A stretch of DNA of 37,275 bases from positions 7,596,629 to 7,633,903 of the forward strand of contig NC_057750.1 of the NCBI RefSeq assembly GCF_004010195.1. Direction: 5' to 3'. This DNA is from Chiloscyllium plagiosum. Its lineage: Eukaryota. Both the position numbers and the translations under genes were made by a program. Positions 1-12,039 of this stretch are shown piece by piece (positions within the stretch are counted from its first letter, which is position 1; every line of letters starts with the position of its first letter). Below the pieces are notes generated by a model. It saw nothing but the letters and a program-made list of their open reading frames with translations. It made no database searches and was not told where the DNA came from.

Positions 1-349
1 GATCTATGGCCCCCTCTGCCTCCCGAATGATCCTAAGTTCATCCAACTCCAGCTCCAGTTCCCTAACACGGTCTTGGAGGGGCTGGAGATGGGTGCACTT
101 CCTGCAAGTGTAATCAGCAGGGACGTCCATGGCATCCCTCACCTCAAACATGTTGCAAGAGGAACATTGCGCTGCCTTCACTGCCATCCCTTGAAAGTAA
201 CCTTTTATAAAAAAAAAACTGGGTCTAAAGAATATAACAAGCAAAATGCAGCACTTACCTACTTACCACAACGGGTCTTATTATTTAGGTTAGAGGAGGA
301 GGGCGGGTGGGAGACACTACCTCTGTAGTGCCTCGGGTTCTTCTCCTGC
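1..349 (-). mobile_element. 5' end (5'UTR + ORF1 start) of a CR1 LINE
   Basis: ORF1 start preceded by ~160 nt of leader. Outer boundary is approximate. Confidence 0.7.
2..187 (-). CDS. CR1/HER1-type LINE ORF1p N-terminus (zinc finger + leucine zipper), runs off the left edge
   Basis: Manual minus-strand translation from ATG at 187-185 gives MAVKAAQCSSCNMFEVRDAMDVPADYTCRKCTHLQPLQDRVRELELELDELRIIREAEGAID, with no stop. CxxC...CxxC followed by a Leu-rich coiled coil is typical of vertebrate CR1 ORF1p. Absent from the supplied ORF track. Confidence 0.8.
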   Translation of the reverse strand, partial: MAVKAAQCSSCNMFEVRDAMDVPADYTCRKCTHLQPLQDRVRELELELDELRIIREAEGAID

Positions 350-1300
350 GTATCCTTCTATTTCCTTCCTATTCACGTATTTGTCCAGGTGCTTCTTGAA
401 AACTTCTATTGAGTCTGCTTCCACCACCTCTAGTGGCGCATTCCAGGCACACGCACCATCTTTTGAGAGAAAAACTTGCCTTGCGCATCTCTTTTAAGAC
501 AGCACCCACAGACAGACAGACAGACACTGTGTCTCCGAGTACGTGACCCCTCCACCCTGAGAAAACGCCTCTTAATTTCCACTCTATCCATGCCATTCCC
601 AATCTTTTAAACCTCTATCGATTGCCCCTCAATCTCCTGCATTCCAGTGAAAACAAATGCAGTCTATCCAATCTTTCTTCATAGCTAAAATCTCCCATAC
701 TAGGCAAAAACCTGGTGAACCTTCTGCTGTGGCCAGAACTGTACGCAACATTTCTAGTTCCAAAAGCAGCAGCATAACTTGCCTATCCTTATACTCCACG
801 CCACTTCCAATGAAGGTGAGCATGCCACAGGCATTTTTTACTACCTTCTCTACCTATGCTGCCACCTTCAGTGACCTGTGGAGCTGCACACCCTGATCCC
901 TCTGCATATCAATACCCTCCAAAGGGTTCAGCCATGCACTGTATAATTTCCACCTGTACTGGACCTTGCAAAATGCATCACCGCACATTTAGAGTCTTAG
1001 AGATGTACAGCACAGAAACAGAACCTTCGGTCCAACTCAATGCTAACCAGATATTGCAAATTAATCTAGACCCATTTGCCAGCACTTGGCCCACATACAT
1101 CTAAACCCTTCCTATTTGACTGGATTAAACTCCATCTGCCATTTTCTGCCCATGCCTCCAACTGATCTATATCCTGCTGTATCCTCTGACAATCTTCCTC
1201 ACTATTCACAACTCCACCAATCTGTGTCATCCACAGACTTACTAATTAGACCAGCTACGTTTTCCTTCAAATCATTTATGTAGACCACGAGCAGCACAGT
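350..1300 (-). mobile_element. Degenerate CR1 ORF2/3' fragments, with a nested HER1-type 3' tail at ~990-1115
   Basis: Remnant RT C-terminal peptides (e.g. GVEYKDRQVML). Tail 'agagtcttagagatgtacagcacagaaaca' recurs elsewhere in the window. Confidence 0.7.
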
Positions 1301-1528
1301 CCCAGTCATTCTCTTAAGGGAGTCTAAGTCATTCTGTTAGGGTTAACATGCAGGTTCACTTGGCAGTTAGGAAGGTAGATGCAGTGTTAGCAGTCATTTC
1401 AAGAGGGCTAACACTGTTAGCATTCATTTCAAGAATGGAAATGCAGTGATGCATTGCTGAAGCTTCATAAGGCTCTGGTCAACTGCATTTGGAATGTTGT
1501 GAGCTGTATGGGCCCGTACCTAAGGAAG

Positions 1529-1795
1529 AAGGTTGAGGATGTAGGTTTGCTCGCTGAGCTGGAAGGTTCATTTTCAGACGTTTCGTCACCATGCTAGGTA
1601 ACCTCTTCTTCAGTACCCTCCAAATGAAGCACTGGTGGTGTAGAAAGCAGGCTACACCACCAGTGCTTCATTTGGAGGCTCACTGAAGATGTTACCTGGC
1701 ATGGTGCCAAAATGTCTGAAAACTAACCATCCAGCTCAGCGAGCAAACCTACATGCAGAACCTCAACCTGAGCTACAAATCTTCTCAAAGCTCGG
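1529..1795. mobile_element. PLE-derived fold-back element, family C
   Basis: Inverted arms 1539-1643 and 1652-1754 with an 8-nt loop and a one-sided tail to ~1795. Each arm has a degenerate hammerhead-like core. Confidence 0.75.
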
Positions 1796-2019
1796 GACAA
1801 GGTTGAGGCTGGCTTTAAGCAGGTCCAGAGGAGTTTTACAAGAATGATCCCAGGCATTGTTATATGAGGAATGATTGACAACTCTGGGTCTCTATTTGAT
1901 GGAGTTTAGAAGGATAAGGGGGGCTCTGATTGAAACATACAGAATGCTGAGGGGTCTGGATAAAGTGGATGTGGAGAAAATATTTCCAATAGTAGGAGAA
2001 ACTAGGACCCAAAGATAGT

Positions 2020-2164
2020 GTCAAAGAGTGTGATGCTGGAAAAGCGCAGCAGGAGAATCGACGTTTTGGGCATAAGCTCTGCATCAGGAGGCATGATGAG
2101 CAGAAACTTTTCATCGTCATACTCTTCGACTCTGATTTCCAACACCTGCAGTCGTCACTTTCTC
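2020..2164. mobile_element. PLE-derived fold-back remnant, family B
   Basis: 'gtcaaagagtgtgatgctggaaaag' pairs with 'cttttcatcgtcatactcttcgac'. Degenerate hammerhead core on the minus strand at ~2058-2089. Confidence 0.6.
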
Positions 2165-3609
2165 CCAAAAGTACAATGTCAGAGTGAACGGGTGACCCTT
2201 AGAACTGAGATGAGAAGGAATTTCTTCAGCCTGCGGGTAATGAATCAGTGGAACTCATTATTGCAGAGGGTTGTGGAGGCCAAGTCATTGAGTGTATTTA
2301 TGACAGAGAGATAGTTTGTTGATTGATAGGAGGAATCAAAGGTTATGGGCAGAAGGCAGGAGGTTGGGGTTGAGGAACGTAACAGCCTTTGTTGAATGAT
2401 GGAAAATTGTGCTGCTCTTTCATATGGTCTTATGGCCCTCACTGCCCCACCCCGACCCTCTTGCCTCACCGTTCCCCCCTTTAACTTTGTCCTCTCATCA
2501 CCTCATTCAACTTACTCAATTTATATTACCTTTTCCATATCGTTTCCTGCGCTGTTAAGGGAAGGCATTTGTTCAGTTTCTTTATTACAGTAGTTGGAAT
2601 TAGCTGTCCGACCAGAGTCCTGTTCCAATGGGTGTTACGTGTTCTGGCCTGTACCTTGAGCTTTCCTAACTGAGACCCTGATTAACTTATTTCCATGATG
2701 GGAGAAGCTGAACTTTTGTGTTATAATTCAACGACAGTCTAGTTGAGGCAGGCATGATGTCTGGTGATGTTACAGATTAGTGATGGCGTTAATGTGTGAT
2801 TGGATACTTGTTGTGGGATTAAACAGATCACCAAGTTGAGCAAATTAGTTTAATTTTGGATTGTTGCCAGGAGATGGCGAGAGTGGATACTGGCAAGGGA
2901 GAAGAGTTTGGAGTGAAACTGAACACATTGTCTTCAAAATTGATGTTTAACTGGAAGAAATTCTGCAGATCCAGTATTGGATGTCAAATGCACAATAAGG
3001 AGTGGAGCAGTGAGTGAGATGTTCGTAAGATTCAGCTGAATGTCATCATTGTACAGGTGAAAACTGTCTGTGTGCATGATCGGAGGCTAAGGATCTATAT
3101 CCTTGGGATGGGAGGTATAATTATGATCTACTGTTCTCGGGAAAGGACCGTCTAACATCCTTTTAGATATGTGATCTCTGGTTTTTGTGAACTTCTGTAA
3201 ACTTGTTTGAAAATATCCCAGAGCCTGTATCATTTTAAAAAGAATAAATTCAGACTTTGGAGATCTATAAATAATGGAGCTTTTTTAAAGTGTGTGTGTT
3301 TTGGGATGTTAGTTGAGTTGGTGGGAACTTTCTAAAATAAATACTGGGAGCATTCCAACATACAGCGTATATAATCCCTTTCACTCAAGTAGTTGCCTTG
3401 CAGGCTTCACTATATTTGTATAGATTCTGTCTTTGCCATTCTAACATTGGTTTTTTGCTATGGTGATGGACTTAATGCTTTCCTGGGTTTTGTCCAAGCA
3501 AAATTTGTGGCATCAACATGATCCTGCTCTGGTTGTAGGTTCAAGCTCCTGATTGATTTTTAAGGAATCTGGGTTAAGTTTCACAAGGTTGATTTGAGTG
3601 GGGTACCAT

Positions 3610-4720
3610 TCATAGAGTCATACGGCATGCAAACAGGTGCTTTGGTCCAACTTGTCCATGCCGACCAGGTATTCCAAACTGAACTCGTCCCACTTGCCAA
3701 CATTTGGCCATAAACCTCAACCTTTCCAATTCATGTACCTTTCCAAATGTCTATTAAATCCTGTAATTGTACTGGCCTCTACCATCTCCTCTGGCAGCTT
3801 ATTCTATATACACGCCACCCTCTGTGTGAAAGCATTGCCCATTGGATCCCTTTTAAATCATTCCCCACTCACCTTAAACCTATCCCTGACCATTGGAAAA
3901 AAGACCTCAGCAATTCACCTTATCTATGCCCCTCATGACCTTATAAACCTCTATAAGGTCCCCCCTCAGCCTCTGACGTTCCAGGGTAAAAAGGTCCTAG
4001 GCTGTCTAGCCACCTCTTATAATTCCAGTCCCGGCAACATTTTGTCAATTTTTTCTGCATCCTTTCTAGTTTAACAACGTCTTTCCTGTAACAGAATTAT
4101 AAGCAATAATATAAAAGTAACCTCACTTATGTCTTGTCCAGCTTGTTCCAGCTCCTATACTCAATGCTCTGACAAATGAAGGCAAGCGTGCCAAATACGA
4201 CCTTCACCACAATATCTACATGCGATGCTAGTTTCAAGGAACTATGAACCCACATGCTGAGGTCCCTCTGTTCAACAACATGCCCCAGCACTCTACTGTT
4301 AACTGTGTAATTCCTGCCTTGGTTTGCCTTATCAAAATGCGCACCTCACATTTATCGAAATTAAACTCCGTCTGCTACTTCTCAGCCCATTGGCCCACCT
4401 CATCAAGATCTCGTACTTTGCGATAGCCTCCTTCAGTGGCCACAGTACCACCAATTTTGGTATCATCCACAAACTTATTAACCCTACCCACTATATTTTC
4501 ATCCAAATCTTTGATATAATGACAAACAGCCATGGACCCAGAACTAATTCTTGCAATGCATCACTAATCACGGGCCTCCAGTCCGGATGATAGCCCTCTG
4601 CCTTCTACCATCAAGCCAATATTGTATCCAGTTGGCTAGTTCTCACTGGATCCAATGTGATCTGACCTGAACCAACCATGTCTACCATGTGGGATATTGT
4701 CAAAGACCTACAGAAGTCAA
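3610..4720 (-). mobile_element. CR1/HER1 LINE 3' portion
   Basis: Reverse complement matches the other CR1 copies here (RT C-terminus plus 3' tail). Confidence 0.8.
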
Positions 4721-4794
4721 AATAGTGTGTCAAATTTTTCATGGCTTTGTTCAGAGGAGAACAGGCAGTTCACATCATGCCATGATTGAACATT

Positions 4795-5385
4795 AAGAAC
4801 ACTAGAAACAAGAGCAAGTGTAGTCCATTGATCTGGTCCATAATTCATTCCAATTATGGCTGATTTTTGACTTCAAATCTATCCTCCTACCCATTACGCA
4901 TCTTCCCTGATTCCGTGAGAGACTAAAACATTGTCTATCCCAGCCTTGTATATTTTCAACAATGGAGCATTCGCAACCTTCTGAGGTAGTGTTCCAAAGA
5001 TTCAACCCTTTGAAGTAATTTGTCTTCTCCTCAATCCGAAATGTGCAGTCCTTCTCCTGAAACTGCGCCATGTTTGGGATTCTCCAGCTTGAGTGGGAGG
5101 GGAAAACACAATCTCCGTTCAGGATTCCCCTAGTTTTTGAGCATTCCCTTTACGCAATTTGGCTTTTACGAAAGAGCTACATTAGTACCAGCTTTTGCAA
5201 ATCCGGAGAGGATTTTCATTTTTACGAAAATCGGAGAAATGTTTTCCCCATATAAATCATGCACCTTCGCTTTATGCCATTTTCTGCTTACGAGAGGTTT
5301 CCTGGAAACGTTGTACTTTTGGATAGCAGGAGCTATCTGTATTTGTCCTGTCAACCCCCTTCAGAGTCTTTTAATATTTCAGTGA
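4795..5385 (-). mobile_element. Older CR1 3' fragment, interrupted at ~5119-5341
   Basis: Similar to 12140-12700 and 26960-27208. Confidence 0.65.
5119..5341. mobile_element. Probable non-autonomous Tc1/mariner-pogo (Tigger-like) DNA transposon
   Basis: Interrupts a CR1. Ends CAG...CTG(TA) with degenerate inverted termini and repeated 'ttttacg' motifs. Confidence 0.4.
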
Positions 5386-5619
5386 AACTGCCCCATAGCT
5401 AATAATGGATGATTGTTGCATGTTTATATGTGGGACATGCCTTTTGTGAAACCCAACTGGAGCTTTCTGATGTGGAGTATGATATGCTATAATGATTGAT
5501 GTAACCTCCAGAATTAATCAAGTTAATTAAGATTCTGCTACCGCAATCTTCCCAGTTGATGGGACAGCAAGGACTGACTTGCTCTAGGACTTTACTGGGG
5601 CTTTCCACAGGGGAGTTTT

Positions 5620-5935
5620 TTTGATTCATTCATGGGATGTGGGCACTGCTGGTTAGGCCAGCATTTATTGCCCATCCCTAGTTGCCCAAAGGATAGTTAA
5701 GAATCAGTCATATTGCTGTGGATACGGAGTCACATATAGGCCAGATTGAATAAGAAAGGCAGTTTCCTTCCCGAATAGGCATCGGTGGATGGGATGGGAT
5801 TTTCCAACAATCCATATCATTTGAATATTTTATTAAATTCAAATTCCACCATCTACCATAGCAGGATTCAAACTCTGGACCTTACCTGGTATCCTGGATT
5901 AGTGGTCCAGCGAGAATGCCACTAGTTCATTGGTG
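5620..5935 (-). mobile_element. tRNA-derived SINE (second family) whose 3' tail is shared with the LINE at 15205-15775
   Basis: Homologous to 21415-21765. Tail 'gatgggcaataaatgctggcc...cccacatcccatgaatgaa'. Confidence 0.65.
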
Positions 5936-6390
5936 CCATGTGATACACTACACTGACAACTTTGGAATGGGCCAACTTGTTTTATTCCAAAATCCAGAGA
6001 GCATATACCCACTTTACTTGGCCTTTTAGCGTAGGCTTACCCTCTCATCTTGGTGACCAGTTGAATGAAAGTTTTTTCTATTGACTTCAGAGGAGGCTAT
6101 CCATTTGTAAATGCAGAGACCAAAACTGCACATAGCAGTTACCCAATCAGCAGTATCTTGCCATTCAGTCGCCATTTCCACAGTCTTGCTGTGCTTTTGT
6201 CTACATAACAGCAGTATTGCCCTTCAAAAGAAGTCTTGAGTTGGTTATTCAGAGCATTCTGAAGCTGTGCTGAGAATTGGAAGGTCCCTTAATCATTAGA
6301 CCCTCTTTGATATATCACTCTGCCGTCTTATTATGTTTGACTCTCCACTATTGGATCCTTAATGATGAATCTTTGAAATAATCCTTCTAG

Positions 6391-6570
6391 GAGTCTGCTA
6401 AACAAGCCGAAGAGTGAGATGACTCCTGAGGAGCTTCAGAAGAGAGAGGAGGAGGAGTTTAACACAGGGCCACTCTCTGTTCTGACACAGTCCGTGAAAA
6501 ACAACACGCAGGTCCTTATCAACTGTCGCAACAACAAGAAGCTGCTTGGCAGAGTCAAAGCCTTTGACAG
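6391..6570 (+). CDS. SNRPD2: Small nuclear ribonucleoprotein Sm D2, coding exon 2
   Basis: Flanked by ag (6389-6390) and gt (6571-6572), 180 nt. G + [59 protein letters not shown] + AG. The first G completes a split AT|G start codon. Confidence 0.98.
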
Positions 6571-7371
6571 GTAGGCTCATTGTGATCACTGCTGCTCTGT
6601 CTACTCTTGCTTTCCAACTATATTGGCAGCCCCCCCCCCCCCCCGCCCCATCAAAAATGTATGTTATGGGAGGAATGTTCACCGTTAGGTTTTAACATGT
6701 GACATCTATGACATTTTTGGCACAACCAAAATGCAGCAGAGTGGCAAGTAGCTTGATATTATTTTATATATTCCTACAGGTATTGAGGAATATGGGGGGA
6801 AAATGTGGGAGTGTGGTATTGAGGTTGAGGATCAGTTATGCTCATGCTGAATCATAAAGCAGGCTTGAAAGGCTGCTGGCCTACTTGTGCTCTGGTTTTC
6901 TATTTATCTGCAGCATTAATCAAATTGCTGCTATCTCAGAGCATTACTGCGACAGATTGCATATAAGTCTTTCACCTTCACCCAGCAATGAACCTTACAG
7001 TTGTCCTGCGTTTGCAGATGTATTGAAATTACATAAAATTCTGGTCTAGTGACATTTCTTTTTAAAAAAAACGAACGAGGAACAAGTCAGGAATTTAATC
7101 TATCATTGTCATCCTTTCCTGGAATAGTATTAACTTTGTGGTCTGTCTGCAGTCGAGTCACAATGGGCTTTACCTGTGGACTAGTGAAGTTCTGGTATGC
7201 AGAGCACCTGGTGCTGGAAGCTTGCCCCGTGGGGAAGGTTTGGGCCTTAACTTTAGTGTAGAGACAGCATTGAAATATCTTTGTTTGCTGCCTTCTACCT
7301 GCATGGTAAAACTCTGCATGTTGTTTGTCAGCACAAGTGCATTATAAATGAGAAGCCTGTGGCTTTATGTC

Positions 7372-7750
7372 AAGACAAATAGGAAGGGTTTGGAGCGATA
7401 TGGGCTGGGTACTGGCAGGTGGGACTAGATTGGATTGGGATATCTGGTTGGCATGGGTGGTATGGACCAAAGGGTCTGTTTCAATGCTGTACATCGCTGT
7501 GATTCTATATCTTGCCTTGTGTGTCAAATAGACTTGTTGTGGTGTTATGACTCAAGAGTCATAGAGACGTAGAGTACTGAATCAGACCCTTTGGTCTAAC
7601 TCATCCATGCCAATCAGATAAATTAATTTAGTCCCATTTGCCAGCATTTGGCCTGTATTCCTCTAAACCCTGTTCATGTACCTATCCAAATGCCTTTTAA
7701 ATGCTGTAATTGTACCTGCCTCCACCATCTCCTATTGCAGCTCATTCTCT
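7372..7750. mobile_element. Two short HER1/CR1 3' tails in opposite orientation (+ ~7372-7510, - ~7555-7750)
   Basis: Match the 3' tails at 17015-17400 and 36540-36695. Confidence 0.7.
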
Positions 7751-7966
7751 TCACCCAATCCACCGAACATTTGTCAGTGTTCTATTTGTGCGTCCGAGCT
7801 GGTTGAATTGTGGTACTTTGTCGCTGCAGATCCCACCACTCTGTGTCTGATTAGCGTCTGATTACTTCCATTCAGTGGTATCCCTTATGATCTGTCGAAT
7901 GACTGACAGCTGGACTTATTCCAGCTCCACCTTAAACTTTGGAAAGAAACTATATGGACTGACACC

Positions 7967-8300
7967 GGGGCGGCACGGTCGCTCAGTGGTTAGTACTGCT
8001 GCCTCACAGCACCAGGGTCCCATGTTTGATTCCAGCCTCAGGCAACTGTCTGTGTGGCGTTTGCACATTCTCCCTTTGTCTGCGTGGGTTAGCTCCGGGT
8101 GCTCCAGTTTCCTCCCACAGTCCAAAGATGTGCAGTTTAGGTGAATTGGCCATGCTAAATTGCCCATGGTGTTAGTTGCATTAGTCAGGGGTAAGTATAG
8201 AGTAGGGGAATGGATCTAGGTGGGTTACTGTTCGGCGGGTCGGTGTGGACTTGTTGGGCCAAAGGGCCTGCTTCCACACTGTAGGTAATCTAATCTAATC
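7967..8300 (+). mobile_element. HE1-type tRNA-derived V-SINE, full length, in SNRPD2 intron 2
   Basis: A-box-like 'gctcagtgg', B-box-like 'gtttgattcc', V-domain 'tctgtgtggcgtttgcacattctccc', (taatc)n tail. Confidence 0.9.
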
Positions 8301-9934
8301 ATTTCCTCTCACCGCAATGGGGAAGAGATTGAGTTAATGTTAGATCCATCCCAAAAAGTAACAGGTTTTGAAATGACCTGTTCCAATTCCAGGTTAAGAT
8401 ACTCTCTCAGCCTGATAGTGCACACTCTTATAGGCATCTGACAGCAGAGTTGATGAGATGCCAGTGCAGATTTCTGAATCATCCTCTGCTCATGAAGAAT
8501 AGAATAAACTAACTTAATTTATTTCTCTACTGCTTTGTATCACTGATCTTTGTAACACTGTCCATCAGTGAGGGCAATATTATAAAAATTTGGCTAGCAC
8601 TCCACCTCTGGAACCTGGACAGAATTCCAGTCCTGACTGATAGGGATGTGATTTTCACCCCGTTTCGTGGCAGTGAACTTTATTTCAGGCAGTTACAATA
8701 GATTGGCAAGTGATTCGTTGAATGGATGTGACTGGTAGCAGCTCTGGAAGTGGCAAATCTTTACGCAGGGAGTGTTAAAGCTTTGGAATTTGCAACCTGA
8801 TAGGTTTTCAGTCAAGAATTAGGTGAGTACGTGAAAACAAAAGTAAATTGCAAGGATGCAGAGGAGGGCTGGGCTGTCGAGGTTACTGTTTGGAGGAGCT
8901 GGTTAAGGCTAGCTGTAATGAATATCTGCCTCTTCCACTTCAGTTATTAATGGGTTTTGGAGCCCTCGCATAAAAATGACCACGGTTGGTGTTAAATTGT
9001 TAACACTCACTGACAAGGTGCCAGGTTGGTAAAGGAAACTGAAATGTCACTGGTCTAGACAGGAGGTACATTTTTGCTTTATGTGATGAACTTCTGATGA
9101 AAGAATTTGCAACAAGTGGGGAAATATTTTAATTTCCCACTCCCCACCTCAAGGAAGTAAGTCAAAATATATATCCTCATTGCTGTTCCTTAAAAATCAC
9201 ATGGTTAAGGTGTCGTATTTGACAGGGTAGTTTCTGACTGATGTCCTGCAGTCTACACTGGGTATTGAGCACAATGTTAATGTTCTTGCTGTATGTAGCA
9301 GCTGATAAAACTAACAGTGATAACTTGACCCTTTTTAAGCCTGGAAATGCATCTCTCTCCTATTTGTTATCTGTTACAACCTTGTCACTAAGGTAATCAG
9401 ATTTCAACCAGTTCATTGTGCCTTTTTAGGTACAACTGTGTCTTTTGCCTTACTTCCTTGTTCCTCCTTCAAAGACCAACGGTTTTTATTTTCAATTCCT
9501 TTTCCAAGTTTACTGTGAAATCTGCAAGTGGTATTTCTGTAATGGATCTGGTAGCAATGTTTGCTACTGTAGGTGGCCTGTGATAAGAAACACTGACACT
9601 ATTTTGTGTGGACTGCATCTATATTACTGTCTGTAAGTGCAGTATTTTGCCTTTCTTATGGTTCCAACTTTGGCGCAATGCATCTGTAGCTATGGATCGT
9701 GCAAGTTCTGAAGGGGCAGCCTGGTTTGCCTTTGGGTGCATGATATGTTTTGGGTCAAAGGGCATGTGGAGCAAGGGAAGCACTTGCAGGGAATCTCCAC
9801 TACATGCAGTGAGAGCGATTATGATCTGCAGTACCATTGGGGTCCTGAATTGTGTTGCATTGACGAGGTGTGTTATTGGAAGGAATTTCTGTTCTGAAGA
9901 GCTCTCAAAAATTCTCACCTATTTCCTGTTCCAG

Positions 9935-10109
9935 ACATTGCAACATGGTGCTAGAAAACGTCAAAGAAATGTGGACTGAGGTACCCAAGAGTGGGAAAGG
10001 CAAGAAGAAGTCCAAACCAGTTAACAAGGACCGATACATCTCCAAGATGTTCCTCCGAGGGGATTCGGTGATTGTTGTTCTTAGAAATCCATTGATTACT
10101 GGCAAATGA
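9935..10109 (+). CDS. SNRPD2: Small nuclear ribonucleoprotein Sm D2, last coding exon
   Basis: Acceptor 'atttcctgttccag' (ag 9933-9934), branch-like CTCAC at 9914-9918, 175 nt. A + [57 protein letters not shown]. Phase matches exon 2 (AG|A = Arg). 2+180+175 = 357 nt = 118 aa + stop. Confidence 0.98.
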
Positions 10110-10243
10110 AATGGCTGCTTTTGTGAGAATTGTAACTTATGACACTGAGTGGAAAATTCTAAACCAATAACAAGCCTAGTTCTTTTATTTTGTTTCTTAA
10201 GTCGGGCCCTGACATTGCATTTTTGTTGTGGACTTTACTTTGT

Positions 10244-10249
10244 AATAAA
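10244..10249 (+). terminator. SNRPD2: SNRPD2 polyadenylation signal
   Basis: AATAAA ~135 nt after the stop, followed by GT/T-rich sequence. Confidence 0.85.
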
Positions 10250-12039
10250 ATGCATTTTGTGTACATACTGTTTCTTTAGCTTAAGCTGAATTTCAATTGT
10301 CAGGTATTGACTCCGGTCTTTTTGAAACTCAACTCCTTTGAGTCCTGATGGATGGCTGTTTCAATCTGATCAATGCACCAGAAACAGCCTGGCATTGCAT
10401 GTCTCTCCCTTTTTTAAGAATACTTCATGTAGCTGTTAGTGGTGTATAAGGCATGACCGAGTATCATTGCCTATACGGAAGCAGTTCTTCTTCCCTATGT
10501 TTTGAATCCCAGCACCTGGCTCTGGGACCACTTGGCACATCTCTTGCATGTAAGTACTTGGAGTTGTGCCATTTTAAACATTAGTTTGTTATTGTCTATA
10601 CAATCAGGAAAATGCCATTAAAATGGTGATGATTAGTTATTCACTGCATAAGCATTGAGTAAACATGACAGCACTGATCTTGCATCCTGCAGGTGGATGC
10701 TTCCTGAAGGCTGAGTAGAGACGCAGATACAAATATCCAGACCCCAGTACCCACCTTAACTGGGTTGCCAAGCGATAATGCAATGTAACTTTGGTTTGGT
10801 GCACTGAATTGTTTGTTGAAATGTGCTGCTCACTGTCACCTGGCTTTGTTAAAGCCTTGTTAATTGTCTACCAACCAACTAGATCTTCCTTCAGACAAGC
10901 TGATTGCATTAGTTTCCACTTTACTCTCCTAGATCAAGGTGGTTTAAAATGCGGTGCTTGGGGAAAGCAGTTCATGACCAAATCAAGCCTCAGTAATTAC
11001 AGAGTAGGTGGGTCTGCAACCAATCTGCCTTGCCTGTTTCACAATTGGTATTGGCTGTCTTGTCACTCTGGGGCAAGATTCTTTCCACATTGGCCTGTCA
11101 GGATAGTAGCTAGAATGGTTCTGGATCCCACACAGGGTGTCACCTGTAGCTTGGCTGATCATTAACCTTCTCAGGAGTGTCAATCATGAGTCCCATTCCA
11201 TGAGCCTCAATTACTGCAATAAAGACACTGAAAATTGCAATTTATTGCAAGACTTTAAATACTCTGCACTATTAAGGTTCCTGCTTGATTTGCTTTTTAC
11301 TTGGTGCAGTTTGTCCCATTGTTGGAACAGATTACAGAATTTTGCATTCATCACTGCAAGTTACCCTAATTTTTAGTAACCTAGAAGCAGATTGAGTGCT
11401 TACCAGTGACCCATGACTGAAATATGACAAATCCTTGTGGTATTTTCACAATTCTAATTATATTTTTAAAACTTAGCCAATTATACCTCAATATAGTTTG
11501 TGAATAGTTCTGTTCTTGCCATTTTCAGCCATTTAAAAACCACTTCACACTGTGGGTTGACCCTGATTTAAATACTGCTTTTGTTCACTGCGATAAACTC
11601 ACTTTCAGTTGTAATCATACTTTATTAAGTCAGCTTGAATAATTATGAAAGTATAATGTTGTTTCAAACAAATCTGTCAAAGTTGAACTGCAAACAGCTG
11701 AAAAGTTCAGTGTGTACCAAGTTTCTGTTCTCAGCCCCTTCCTTTGCAGCAATTGACAACTTGTGCAAGTCCAGAAAAGTAGCTGAACAACCTCCACCTC
11801 CTCTGCTTCAAACAAATCTGGCAACACAGAGCATGGAAGCAAATCACTGTGTGGGATCCTTTGACTGGGGCATATGAGCTGAATGGACAGTCACGTTCCT
11901 GTGGATGGGTTAGACTGAAGGGTCTGTTTCCATGCTGTACATCTCTATGACTCTAGTGCTCCGTGACCAGTGAGCTGTCAGCATAAGACCAACAGGGTCC
12001 CCACATTGGTGACATATGGATTCCTGCAAGCCGGACCTC

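Larger units (their letters stand above)
1335..2430 (+). mobile_element. CR1 3' fragment interrupted by two PLE-derived insertions
   Basis: Peptide LRTEMRRNFFSLRVMNQWNSL and a CR1-like 3'UTR. Confidence 0.75.

Noticed and set aside
350..358. GTATCCTTC as a U12 donor for SNRPD2 exon 1
   Set aside because: Preceded by GC rather than the AT needed for the split start codon, and it lies at a repeat junction.
6398..6682. Minus-strand 94-aa ORF
   Set aside because: Antisense shadow of SNRPD2 exon 2.
7967..8040. tRNA genes at SINE heads
   Set aside because: A/B boxes continue into SINE body and tail. They are SINE promoters, not tRNAs.
9081..9245. Intronic C/D box snoRNA (GTGATGA at ~9083)
   Set aside because: No D box at a suitable distance with a terminal stem, and no recognisable guide.
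9870..9934. N-terminal part of the listed ORF 9870-10109
   Set aside because: Intron read-through. The true exon starts at 9935.
10300..11880. Short ORFs in the repeat-poor region after SNRPD2
   Set aside because: No recognisable domains or splice structure. It may be extended 3'UTR or regulatory DNA, but I cannot support that.
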